A stretch of DNA of 64,000 nucleotides, from NCBI RefSeq assembly GCF_032191835.1, contig NC_083240.1, positions 18,848,001 to 18,912,000 on the forward strand. Reading direction: 5' to 3'. The stretch comes from Heteronotia binoei (taxonomy: Eukaryota). Positions 35,315 to 48,100 of this stretch are shown piece after piece. The notes below the pieces were generated by a model that was given only the letters and a program-made list of their open reading frames with translations, had not been told where the DNA came from and made no database searches. Every line of letters begins with the position of its first letter. Position 1 is the stretch's first letter. The position numbers and the translations under genes were made by a program.

Positions 35315-36040
35315 CTGGAAGCAGGAAAAGGAGAGAATCAGTCATAAAACTGCAGAAGCTACCTGGAACATATTCAATGGTGCCCCACGTATAATGTCCC
35401 ACAGAGCTTCTGGATCCTGCCTAGGTCTCCAGAGATCCGCAGCCAGGAAAATGAGTTCGTTCGTAACTGGGTACTCATTCAATTCACCGGCTACTCCTTC
35501 TGGTATGTAGCCAATGGCTCCTTGTGAGTTATCAAAATGGAAAGGTTGTATCTATTCTGCATTTAATTTTCTTTATGAAGGGAATTTAGTGTTACGGTAA
35601 CCCCGTGCGACAACCTGGTTGAATTCAGCCATCTTCACAATTCATGCATAGCTGTATGATATTTTTATACATACTTCTCCCTCCTGCAAGGGGCAAAGAG
35701 CTACTGCGAAGGCTGAATTCCCACCTGCTGTCTGCTGGAAAAACTTGATTGGCTTTCAGACTCGGCTATGTAGGGTGCTGCTGACATGAAGTCCCACCAC
35801 AGGGGCTAGAAACTTGCTTTTTAAAACACGCAGCCTCTAAGGAAGCTGAAATCTCTGGCTCTGCTCTTCATATACAATGCCCTGCACACCCTATTCATGT
35901 AAGCCCTCCCACCCAACCCCAGCTCCACCCATTTTGCACCCTTCCCTCCCACAAGCAGAAGAACCTTCCCCCCTAGGCTACAACTGCTTCAGCCACACAG
36001 GAGAATGGAGGGGTGTGGTGCATACCTGATAGTCCACTGC

Positions 36041-36109
36041 CTACATCTCACCACACTGAGCGATCACCACGGGCAGCTTGGGTTTGTTGTTCGGACCAGT
36101 AGGCACATT
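36041..36109 (-). CDS. PPIH: PPIH exon 9, coding part (exon continues to 36026)
   Basis: TAG at 36043-36041; donor TCAG|GTATGC 15 nt later. Confidence 0.96.
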   Translation of the reverse strand, partial: NVPTGPNNKPKLPVVIAQCGEM

Positions 36110-39100
36110 CTGTGGAGGGGGAAAGGTCAGGTTAGTCTGGTCCTAGCAGAGCTCTTAATCTGCAAGTTCTATGATAAAAGATTATGTATGCAAGTTATGC
36201 GATTAAAGATGCCTTCTACCAAGTCAGTCTGTTGTCCACATAGCCCAGCACTGGCCACTTTGGCAAACAGTGGCTCTTCTGGGGCAGGGGTGTCCCAACT
36301 GTGGCTCTTTCACACATATTGTGTGGTTCTCAAAGCCCCCACCGCCCGTTGGCTGGCTTGGAGAAGGTAGATCGTTTCTCCAAGTCAAGCCAGCTGGCAG
36401 CTTGAAGAATGCATTTAAAATTGAAATTGCTTTCTTTTCACCTCTCCCCCATCTATTTGCTTTCTTTCCATCTTCCTTCCCTCTCTCCCTATCTTGTTGC
36501 TCTGACGTTCATGTCTTGCGGCTCTCAAACACCTGACGTTTATTCTATGTGGCTCTTACGTTAATCAAGTTTGGTCACCCCTGCTCTGGGGTCTTCAGCC
36601 TTTGCCAGTCTCTGCTCCCGGGATCCTTTGAATGAGAGAAGCTGAGAACTGAATCTGGAGCTTCCTGCATGCCAGTCATTCCCTCTCTCACGATGCCTCT
36701 GTGGCCTCTCAGTTAATGACAGGCCGCTGTTTTTCAACTGGAAACTGGCCTGCCATTGCCCCCTTGCCGAATCGCAGGCGCTCCATAACCGAGATGCCCT
36801 CACGTCTCTTCAATATGTTTATAAGCCTGCTTTCCTCCTGCAATGGGGATCCAAACCAGGGCACATCATCCCTCCTCCACTGTTAACCGCTCAACGACCC
36901 TGCGAGGTAGATTAGGCTGAGAGAGAATGACTGGTCCAAAGTCACATCCACGGCACAGTGGGGATTCCAACCCGGTTCTCCAAGGTCCTAGTCTGACCCG
37001 CTGAGCACTAAACCACACTGGCTGCCTTTTGCCCTGACCTGGATAGCCCGATCTCATCGGAGCGACTCTGGCAAGTACTTCAATGGGAGACGTCCTGGGA
37101 ATACCAGTAGTCGGGAGGTGGAGGCAGGTTTTATTCAGCCACTTCTCTGGAATATCCTCCAGGCCCCCAGTAGGGGTCAGTCACCAGAGGTCGCTATGAC
37201 TTTCAGGTGCAGACAGACACACATTAAAATGTTTTCTAAAAGAAAGAAAATCACACTGGCTGTCTTTTGACTAGTGGTGCCAATTTTATGAGAGCATGGG
37301 CTGTCCATGAGGAGGCCCTGTTTGTGTAACAAAATACACTTCCAGACTACGACTGGGAGAAGACTGGCACTTAAGGATATAGAAACTGTAGAGAGCTTTG
37401 GAAGGGCTTGACTGGCCCCCTTCAGAGAGTTCTGGCACAGGCTTTTGCCTATACCACTGATTTGTGTGATTCACTCTGTTTCTAGGGTCAAGCTTCTGGA
37501 AATTTTGAATTTATTTATTGTTGCTAAGGAATGATTAGAGATCAGGATTAGACACCCAGAATAACCCCCAAAGCAGCAGAAGATGGGGGACTCGGCTTCC
37601 TCTGGGATCCTTCACCAGCCAACGTGTGCACGTTTCCATGCTTTCCGTCTACCTCAATGAGGGTTAGAAACATGTTTCAGAAAGCTACACCTTTCCGCAT
37701 CATACACGCCTGTCGTGCACCTTTTGTGGCCTCGACACACTTGTGCAGCCCCAAACTCAAATACTCACTTCGATTTTTCTCATGACGAGCAGCCCGTCGA
37801 TTATTTTACCTGCCGGGTTAAAAAAACAAGAATGATGTCAGTTTCAAGAAGCTTGCAACAAAATTAAACATCCGATGGCCACACATGAGAAGGTGGGGAG
37901 ACAGGGTACATAAAATGGTCAATCTCACCAAGAGCTGGGGGAGTCCAATGCTAGAAGAGCATCTGTAGAAACCTGTGAATGTTCTATTTCCCAGAATTCA
38001 CCCTGGACTCCAAAGGATTCTGGAATCCCTCTCAAAGAGGCCGCTGCAGATGATTCTAGGCCCCCAGTGTATCTGGACAGCGTCTGCTTGCACCAGGGGG
38101 CTGAGGGGCACATAAGGCTGTTCCTTCACAGGGCATTATCAGTGATTCACAATCATGGTGGCAACTGCCGTCCTCTGCTTAAACAGACGCAAGTAAAGTC
38201 GAGAGAATCCCTATCTGTCAATCTTTTGGACCCTATCCAATTTCAAAGATAACCGCATTTTAAAAACTGCTTATAAGAGATCGACGTGCAGCCACGTAAA
38301 GCTGCCTTTGAAAAACATCTGTGGACATCTGTTGGTGCAAAAGCCAGCCATGTTTGCTTGACAGGGGAACGCATTTCCAGTATAATTTTTATCTTCACCC
38401 AATACCTACTTGCTAGAGGACAAGCCTTCGAGTGGGGGTGGGGGGCGGGGGAAGAACCTCTCCATTTTAACACTTCCGGCATTTAAAGGATTAACGTCTG
38501 GTTCATTTCATTTGACATAAATGCCACCCGCATATAATCTTGGAACACTTTTTCCCGGGTATTATGTTGATAAGAACGTATTTTGATCTAAGCACGTTTG
38601 ATCAATTATGTCCCTGGGCCTTGGAGGGATTTACAACTAATTAAAAAAGAAGAAGCCTATGCTGAAGCTCCACTGAGAGAAAGAAAGAGACTATCTGACT
38701 TACAGCAGGTACTACGGACTATACCAAAGGTGGCCAAACTGTGGCTTGGGAGCCACATGTGGCTTTTTCACACATATTGTGTGCAGGCCCATAGCCACCA
38801 GGGAGCGGGGGGGCATGGCCCTCCCACCCAACCCCCCCTGGGGCCTTTATGGCCCCTCTGTTCCCCAGCCCCCGCTCTCTCAGCTCTGGTTTGGCAGCCC
38901 CCACCCCACTCCGTGGGCGCCTCCCCCCTCCCTCCCATCTCACCAACGCGGGGAAACAGTGAAGAGCGGGCTTCAGAAGCTATTTCAAGGTGCCCCCCCC
39001 CGCCGGTCACGTGACTGGCAAGAAAAGCAGCTCCGAGGCTGGTGGTTCGTACGCCGGCTTTCTGGAGCGACCAGCACTGAACTTGCTGAGAAGAAGATAT

Positions 39101-42100
39101 TGGATTTATATCCCGCCCTCCACTCCGAAGAGTCTCAGAGCGGCTCACAATCTCCTTTATCTCCCTCCCCCACAACAGACACCCTGTGAGGTGGGTGGGG
39201 CTGGAGAGGGCTCTCACAGCAGCTGCCCTTTCAAGGACAACCTCTGCCAGGGCTATGGCTGACCCAAGGCCATGCTAGCAGGTGCAAGTGGAGGAGTGGG
39301 GAATCAAACCCGGTTCTCCCAGATAAGAGTCCGCACACTTAACCACTACACCAACCCGGCCTCGGAGCGGCTTTTCCAGCCAGTCACGTGATCGGTGGGG
39401 GCGGGCTGCCTTGAAATAGCCCCTGAAGCCCGCTTTTCACTGTTTCCTCGCGTTGGTGAGTTGGAAGGGAGGGGGGGAGGTGCGGTGCGGAGGGGGGTGG
39501 GGCCACCAGAGTGGTGCGGAGATTGGGCCAGAGCGGGGGCCACTGGGGGGGGGCCCTCTGTCCAAAATTTTTTCCCATGGGCTCCCCCCATTTGGAATTT
39601 TCTGGCTACCGGCCTGATTGTGTGGCTCTTGAAGCCCCACCACCCTGTCAGCCAGTTTGGAGAAGGCCAGTTTAAATCACTTCGCAAAGCCAGCCAGCAG
39701 CTTGGAGAATGCATTTAAAGTTAAAGTTGCTTTCTTTCCACCTCTCCCTCCCCCATCTATTTGCCTGCCTCCCTTCCTGCCTTGTGGCTCTCAAACATCT
39801 GACGGTCATGCTTTGTGGCTCTCCGACCTATGATGTGGATTCTGTGTGGCTCTTACATTAAGCAAGTTTGGCCACCCCTGCACTATACGTTCTAAAGCAA
39901 GGGAATGAGTATCAAAGTAGCTGCTAGACCTGTATGTGCAAACTTGCTGACAGACATACCAGTGAGTGAGAAGTGAAAGCATGGGGAAAGGTTGGGAAGT
40001 TTCAACTTCATTCCAAGCGTATTGAAGGAAAGGAACAAGACCCTTTGCTAGATTCTGCAGCATAAATTACTTTTTCCTTCCATGCTGTTTTAATAAATTA
40101 TCACACTGGGGCAAACTATGGAATGTGACAAGAAACACAAGCAATCGAAACACATCTGGAGACAACTCTGCTCTCTAGAACACATAACCAGTTCTAGATG
40201 CTCATCCAGGCTCTGAGCTTTATACCCTCCCCCCACCCCAGGGCAAGCAGCTTGTGCAGCCACGGGGTTTTTCAAAAGTGGGTTGTGATACGTCGAGGTG
40301 GGGGGGTGTTCTAAGGGCATAAAAGTGCTAACTCTCCCCTGGCATGCCAAAAGCCACTCTCTCCATCCACAGCCGGAGCCCAAGAGATGCCCACTCACCG
40401 AAGACGACGTGCTTCCCGTCCAGCCAGTCACACTTGGAGCACGTGATGAAGAACTGGCAGCCGTTGGTGCTTGGGCCGCTGTTTGCCTAGCAGGAAAGGC
40501 ACACAAAAATCAGGGGGGGAGAAGCCATCTCTTGATCTGAGAGGGCGTGCTCCCACACCCAAGCTATCACAGTTGTGGGATGGGCGGGGAGTGGGAACAG
40601 AGCAAAAGGAAACTGCGGAAAGTGGCTTTGCTGCTATAGTCTCCTCGCTTTCCCCCTGCCTAAGCAACCTCCCAGGGAAAAGCTACGATGGAGAGAGTCA
40701 TGTATGCAGCCCTGGGCTGGCTCCAGGCAGGCAGGGGGCAGAAATGCACAAACTGAGCTTGCAAAAGTGGCTCTCTGGCAATTGCCAACAAAGCATGTTT
40801 CGGTTATTTCTACTATCTTTCTCCCCAACAGGGACCCAAAGTGGCTGACATCGTTCTCCTCTCCTCCCTTTAATGCTCACAACCACCCTGTGGGGTAGGT
40901 CAGGCTGAGAGAGTGTGACTGGCCCAGGGTCACCCAGCCAAATTCCACCGCAGGGCAGGGATTCGAACCTGAGTCTCCTGGATTCTAGTCTGACACTCTT
41001 AACCACTGTACCACACTGGTTCTCATATGAACATATGAAGCTGCCTTCTACTGAATCAGACCCTCGGTCCATAAGTCAGTATTGTCTACTCAGACTGGCA
41101 GCGGCTCTCCAGGGTCTCAAGCTGAGATTTTTCACGCCTATTTGCTTGGACCCTTTTTAGTTAGGGATGCTGGGGATTGAACCTGGGACCTTCTGCTTAC
41201 CAAGCAGATGCTCTACCACTGAGCCACCATCCCTCCCCTCGAGACATCTGAACTCTGCCACGAAGCCTGAGCGACTGGAGCGCAGAAAAGGTACAGAAAG
41301 GGATTCTGAACAGAGCGGCTTCAGGCAGGGCAACTCAAGGATTCGCCTTCTGTGATTCCGCACAGGCGCACTTGCTCCCATGGGTCAGAAGGGATTACTG
41401 GAACCTCTCTTAAGTCGGCCCAAACAAGGCCAAGACCAGCCGGAAGGCAGTACCATCTGCACCCCGAGACCAAATTTAATCAAGCGCCTTCTCGTTCAGA
41501 AGCTTAAGTTCCGAGTAATTGCTTCTGAGCCTAGTCGAGGATGAAGTCTGGCCAGCAAATTATCTCGCCGAGCTGAAGGATTACGACTTTGTCTTCTCCA
41601 CTGGAGTGCTCTATCGTCTCCTCGCTCTCTCAGAGCCCCTGTCTAGTTTCCTGCAACCGGCTTCACACAGGGCTATGATTTCTAAGCCCTCCCACTGATC
41701 TTTCATGAAGCAAAGCTGTGTTTGCGCTAAGACCGCTCCGGATCCTTCACCAACTTATTACTGGAAGATTCTCCGGCCACAGGAAAGTGCATTGGTAGCA
41801 CCTGAATCCCATGTTTCCTCCAAAAAGTTCAGCAGATAGTCCATGGGGAAGCGTACATACAGTTCACCCACTGACTTTCAAGCATGAATGGGGATTCAAC
41901 CCTAGTGCTCCTTGGTCCCACACTGTAGCTCCACGTGTGAGGTTTTCCAGTACAAAAATGCAGTTGAGGACACCAACCTACCATTGACGTTCCTTCTCTT
42001 TTTAAGTCACGTGGTACAGTTCACCAAACTTGCCGTTACCCTGTCCCCGAGAAGAAGCCATCCCACGTTAAGCCAGGGTTGGGGCATTCAGACCCAGTTC

Positions 42101-45100
42101 TGTTCACCTTGAGACTTACCATAGACAACAAGCCAGGAGCTGAGTGTTTTAGCTTGAAGTTCTCATCAGCAAAGGGACCCCGGTATATACTGGCCACTCC
42201 GGTCCCATCTCCCTGTTTGAAGAAGAGGGCAGGTATTCAATAACACCTTCCCAAGCACAGGCTGCCAAAAAAGCGGTACAACTGCTGGGGCAAGAACATT
42301 TTCATTTGAAGAGCTCCGCAAAGATCTCCACAAACTGGGCGAGTTGGCAAAATGTGGCAGATGAAGCCCAGTGTTGGTAAGCATCAAGTGATGCATATTA
42401 AAACAAAAGATTCCCAACTTCTCGTGTAGGTTAACAGGGTTTGAGCTTGCAGAGACTGAGAGAAAAAGATCTTGGGGTTGTAGTGGATGGCTCCATGAAA
42501 GTGTCAACCCCGTGTGCCCGTGACGTGAAAAAGGCAAACTTTTATGTCAGGATGAGGAAAGGGATTGAAAATGAAACAGCCAATGTCACAATGCCCGTAT
42601 AGATCTATGGTGTGGCCTCACTTGGAATACTTCTGGTTCTGGCCACCGTATCTCAAAAATGAGATCGCAAAGCTGGGAAAAGTGCAGAGGAGGGCAACCA
42701 AGACTGGAGCACTTTCTCTATGAGGAAAGGCTGAAGAGTCTGGTATCTTTCCGTTTAGAAAAGAGACGACTAAGAGGGTACACGTCAGGTCTATAAAATT
42801 ATGCATAAGTTGGAGAGATTCCAACTGTAATAAACTTTCAAATGACGTTTAAATGCTCTGTCCAGACAATCCACACAGACCTGTACACATTTATGAAGAT
42901 TAATTTATTCTGCTTTAGGTACCCACGGGAGAGGGACACTTGGGCACATGAAGCCGCCTTATACTGAAATCAGACCCTCTTGGTCCATCACAGTCAGTAC
43001 TGCCTACTCAGCCTGGCAGTGGTTCTTCAGGGTCTCAGGCTGAGGTCTTTCCCATCACCTACTGCCTGGTCTTTTTTTAGCTGGAGATTCCAGGGATCGA
43101 ACCTGGGACTTTCTGCACGCTGAGCAGATGCTCTACCACTGAGCCACCAGCCCGTACCCTTAGGGACAAGGAGGACTGCGAAAGTCTTCAGACACCCTGT
43201 CTTCTCGGAGATTGTTTTGCCAGGTGCTATTCACATACTTTCAAAGGTAACTTGTTAGCCGTATAGACTTAGACCTTCCTTTTTTTTTTTTTAAATGAAG
43301 CTGTGATCCTGAAGCAACTGAATGTGCCCCTTATGCCATATTATCAGGACTTTTTTGTAGGAGGAGCTCCTTTGCATATTAGGCCACACACCCCTGATGT
43401 AGCCAGTCCTCCAAGAGCTTACAGGGCTCTTAGTACAGGGCCTACTGTAAGCTCCAGGAGGATTGGCTACATCAAGTGGTGTGGCCTAATATGCAAGAGT
43501 TCCTGCTACAAAAAAAAGGCCCTGCATATTATTATGTCTTTGCAGAATGCATGTCTATCACCTTGCTAGTTTCTGACGAGGGGATTAAAGGATCTAAAGC
43601 AGCCAGCTCTGCCCAGAATAAGAAAATAAACCCAGCGAGATCAGCCAAGTGAGGGAGGTTTTGTCATTTCAGGCTGAACCGATAAAATATGTCATTGGAC
43701 TGGAAGGAAGGAGAGGGTGAACCTGTTAAGTGCACAAAACTGATCAAGAAGCCAAAGGGGCTTAAGGAGCTGTTGTTCAGTTCTGAGAGCCAACTTCGCT
43801 TGCAGAAAGAGAAAAGGTCACACCGAACAAACAAGGAAAGGGAACCTTGTGAGAAAGCGCACAGGGCACCTGTGTCACGAGGCTGATAAAGCCCTGGTCT
43901 TATTTTGCATCACCTGCTGATTGTTGCAGAAGCGTTTTTTTTTTTTTTTAATTATTTGTATTGCAGGCAAGATTCAGAGGACATCTGCATTTGCCCTGGC
44001 CTCCCACGCCAGACTCTCCAAGCTCCTTTTAGTCTTGGGAGATGCCTACATGGAAAACTGGGTGGGATTCCCCATATTAACTTCCTTTGATGGTACTTTT
44101 CAAGCTTCCTGCGTTCCAGGTTCCCTATGGCAGTCTTTGCCAGCCCCGCCCATTGCAAAGCATTCTGGGATGCCTGGGGGGGGAGGTTCCCAGGCACATC
44201 CTGTGGAGGGTTGGTGAGGTAGCCCCCTCATGACCCGAGAACCTCAGCTCCTTCCAGCTGTGCGCTGCAAGAGTTTTGGCAAGGCTGCTTTGGGGGCGAC
44301 TGTTCAGTTTTTGGAATGGGCTTAAGAGAAAAGGTCCCACGTTGAGCAAACAAGGAAAGGGCACCTTGGGAGAAGGCATGCGCGGCACCTGCCTCGTGAT
44401 GCTAAGCCCTGGCTGTTGCTGAGCTTCTAACTGAAATGCGCGGTTTGGAAACCTCCACCTTCAGGCCTGGGTAGGGATGTCTCAGGTGAGCAGGACCCCT
44501 GGCTCCTCCTTCCTGCTCTGTGGAATATACTGCAGGCTCCGCCTTCTCAGACAACTCAGGCACAACCTGAGCGCCCTGCCCTGGATGGCCCCGGCAAGCC
44601 TGACCTTGTCAGGTCTCGGAAGCTAAGCAGGGTTGACCCTGGCAAGTACTTGGAAGCGGTGTTTCCTCTGAGCTGAGTTGGTGGGAGCTAGCTCACAGTT
44701 TTTTAGGCTCCGGCTTGCAGATTTTCGTCTTCGCTCAGGAAAGATGGCCCCGGAGCAAACTGATTGATGCAGCAGCTCACAACTTTCATGCCAGCAGCCT
44801 CTGAAGTAGAATTTTTGCTCACGAGACTCCACAGCTTAGAGGGAGCATTGCTTGGAAGGGAGACCTCTTTGGAATACCGGGAGTTGGGAGGCAGGGGCAG
44901 GCTTTTTTCCTCCACCTTCCTGAATAGTCTCCAGGCCCCCAAGAAGGGGTCAGTCACCAGAGGTCACCATGACATCCAGGTGCACACATGAAAATACCAA
45001 CAAGAAAAAAAAAGAGCAACCTGAGTTACACTGCAGTCTGCGTCAGGACACAAATTCTAATTATTTGTTACTGTTGATGATTCCAATTTTACAATTTTAT

Positions 45101-48100
45101 ATATATATATAAAATTAACTGTTAACACATTCATACTCTTAAAAAAAGGAGATTCAGTCAGACATCAGTAAATCCAGGTAAAAATTGTAATAGGTTACAG
45201 AAGACCTGAGGATCTACAGATGATGACGAAAGGTATTTCGGCTTGTTAGAATGGCAGGTGTGAGATAAAAACCATCTAAGTATCTGGTGTAATGAGAAAA
45301 CTGCATTATTTTTTTTTAAACTGTTCTGGCCTTAAAGAATTGGCTTAAAAAAATGAATGACCATCTTCTACCTCGACTAAGGCTTCTGTGTAACTCTGAA
45401 GTTTGCACACTTGGGCACTGAGACCAAAGAGCTTAGCAAACTCTGTTACGGCTACTCAGTTTTATGAAGGGGAGAGAACAGAACCTTCTGCAGCTCGCCT
45501 CAGGCAGAGGACCAGGCTGTGCCCACCTTGGCAGTAAGAGGCAGGAGCCGGAGGAGAAGAGAGAAGCTACACAAGTTCCATGAGCAAGCGCCAGATGTCT
45601 GTTGCCTTCAAAAGCAGCAAAGAAGAGTGAAAGTGACCACCTACATTTACAAAGTCGCCTCCTTGGATCATGAAATCTTTGATAACCCTTGAAAAGAAAA
45701 AAGGGGAAGAGGGGATTGAGAACCTTGAACAATGTTGCTCCATAGATCTGGGATCCAGCTTGAATCCTTTTAACAATGCACCCACTTTTGCATTTCTCTC
45801 CCCCATACCCCAGTCTCTCTACATCCATCTTCTCTTTCCCCTTAGTGTTTATTAACATGAAAGGGAGCTGTGGCTTATATGGAGAACCTGAGATCTGGTC
45901 CATGACTCAGTTTGGTCCCGACCTACCAGCTGAAGGCTGCTGGGGTAACACAGGTACAGATCTGTTCTCTTCTCTGGAAGGGCGAGAAGCCCACCAATGG
46001 CTTGCCAGTCCTCCAGGGGCCTTGCTGCCAGTCCTATAGCAAAGCTTCCTTCACTGGCCCCAAGATGCTGCCCCCTGCAGGCCCTGTGGCATAATGACTA
46101 GCACCCTTCGGAACTAGACACGAAGACCCATTTCCCACCAGCCTTATGCCGCTCTCACGCTCCTCTTCTCCAGGGGGCTTCCGTTGGACTTTGCACCATC
46201 TGCCCCGGGGCTGCAACGCGCTTCGCCTTTTTCGTGCGGCAAACAGAAACTGGTTGTTAGAGGATCTTGTTTGCTGAATGAAAAGAGGCGGAGCGAGTTG
46301 CAGCCTCGGGGCAGCTTGTGCGAAATCTGACAGAAGCCTCGCTGAGAAGAGGAGAAACTCTTGCCACTGAACGGGCAGAGGGCAACCATGCCATTTGCTC
46401 GTGAATCTGCCTGCTTTGCCGCTTGTCCAGAGAGCCGAGTGCTGCAAGAGAGGCTGGAAAAATTAGGCCCACCAGATTGGCAGCGTCCGTCTAGGCTTAC
46501 CAGAGAACCGCATCGTGCCGTACTGATTCCTCCTCCCCATCCAATGGATGAGGAGTAACATCACCCCAAGAGAGGGAGGATGCACCGGGATCCCCTGAAG
46601 TCACGAGGGAAAGTGGAAGGGAATCCCAGTGCCCCCCCCCAAAAAAAAACAGTCCCATCCCTCAGTGGGTCAAGGAAAAGGAGGCAATATTCCCCACAGC
46701 TGCAAGGATGCCTGGCCTTTGCTTGAGAGGGAGAATTGAAATCTCTCTTTCTGTTTCTCTCCCTTTTGGAGTAGAAAGAGTGCCTTTGGTTCTGAACTGG
46801 AAAAACCACTGTGTCCCAGCTATCAGGAGTGGAAGATACCTCTGCCAACTCAAAAAAAGGGGTTGCCCTTAAATCCCATTCTGGAAATTGCTTCTGCAGC
46901 TGAAATTCACAGTAACACTCTTTGTTCTGTTTAAACCAAGAGAAGGAGAAGATTGTAGATTTATACCCTGCCCTTCTCTCTGAATCAGAGTCTCAGAGCA
47001 GCTTAAAATCTGCTTTATCCTCTTCCCCCACAACAGACACCCTGTGAAGTGAGTGGGGCTGAGAGAGCTCTCTCAGAAGCTGTCTTGTCAAGGACAACTC
47101 TTGCAAGAGCAATGGCTGACCCAAAGCCATTCCAGCAGGTGCATGTGGAGGAGTGGGGAATCAAACCCGGTTCTCCCAGATAAGAGTCCGCCTACTTAAC
47201 CACTACACCAAGCTGGCTGTCCAGAGAAAGAGGGGACCTTCTCTGGTGAACGTACATTAGAATTGCTAATCCCCAGTTGGGGGCAGGGGATCCCCCAGTT
47301 TGGAGGCCCTCCCCCCACTTCAGGGTTATCAGAAAGTGAGGACGGGAGGAGGGAAATGTCTGCTGGGCACTCCATTATACCCTATGTGGAGACCGATTCC
47401 CATATAGTATAATGGACAATTGATCCGTGGGTTTCTAGGGCTCTGTGGGTGCTGTTTTTTGAGACAGAAGCACCAATTTTCAACTCAAGTGCCTCTCATC
47501 AAAACAACCCCCAAGTTTCAAAAAGATTGGAGCAGGGGGTCCAATTCTATGAGCCCCCAAAGAAGGTGCCCCTATCCTTCATTATTTCCAGTGGAAGGAA
47601 GGCATTTAAAAGGCGTGTGGTCCCTTTAAATCTTTGGAGCTCTTGTCACACCCTTGTCCTGGCTCCACCCCTAAAGTCTCCTGCCTCCACCCCCAAAGTC
47701 CCCAGGTATTTCTCAAATCAGACCTGGCAACCCTCATGCACATTCACACACTGAGAACACTGCTCCCCTCTGCTGAGCACCTCTCTTGTGCAGCTGGCTT
47801 AAAGGGAAGTTACAGGATCAGCAAGTGGCTTTAAGTTGAAATCCAAACAAACAGTACCTGTGGAACGTGCTGCCCTTGTAACCAATGGGAACGCCATCTT
47901 TCCTAGAACACAGAGAAAGAGACGCTGGGAACTGGGGCAAACTCGAGAGTCCACGAACCAGGACCAGAACCACATGCTTTTTGAGGGGAGGGGGCAAAAT
48001 TAAAAATTAACACCCCTCTTATAGGCCCATTCTATCTTATGGGCCCATAGAAGAGAATGGACTCCATACCCAATTTGGCGCCCCCTCTCTGGCGGCACCT

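Larger units (their letters stand above)
38725..39880. mobile_element. hAT MITE (same family as 36285) carrying nested insertions
   Basis: TIRs CAAAGGTGGCCAAACT / AGTTTGGCCACCCCTG; TSD GACTATAC / CACTATAC. Confidence 0.88.

Noticed and set aside
44573-44660. 5S rRNA genes
   Set aside because: Diverged, lack the 5S 5' end and terminator, and continue into SINE bodies.
46034-46560. Moderately CpG-rich stretch with 137-aa ORF in PPIH intron 4
   Set aside because: No domain, repeat or motif cluster I can support; could be an enhancer but the sequence alone does not show it.
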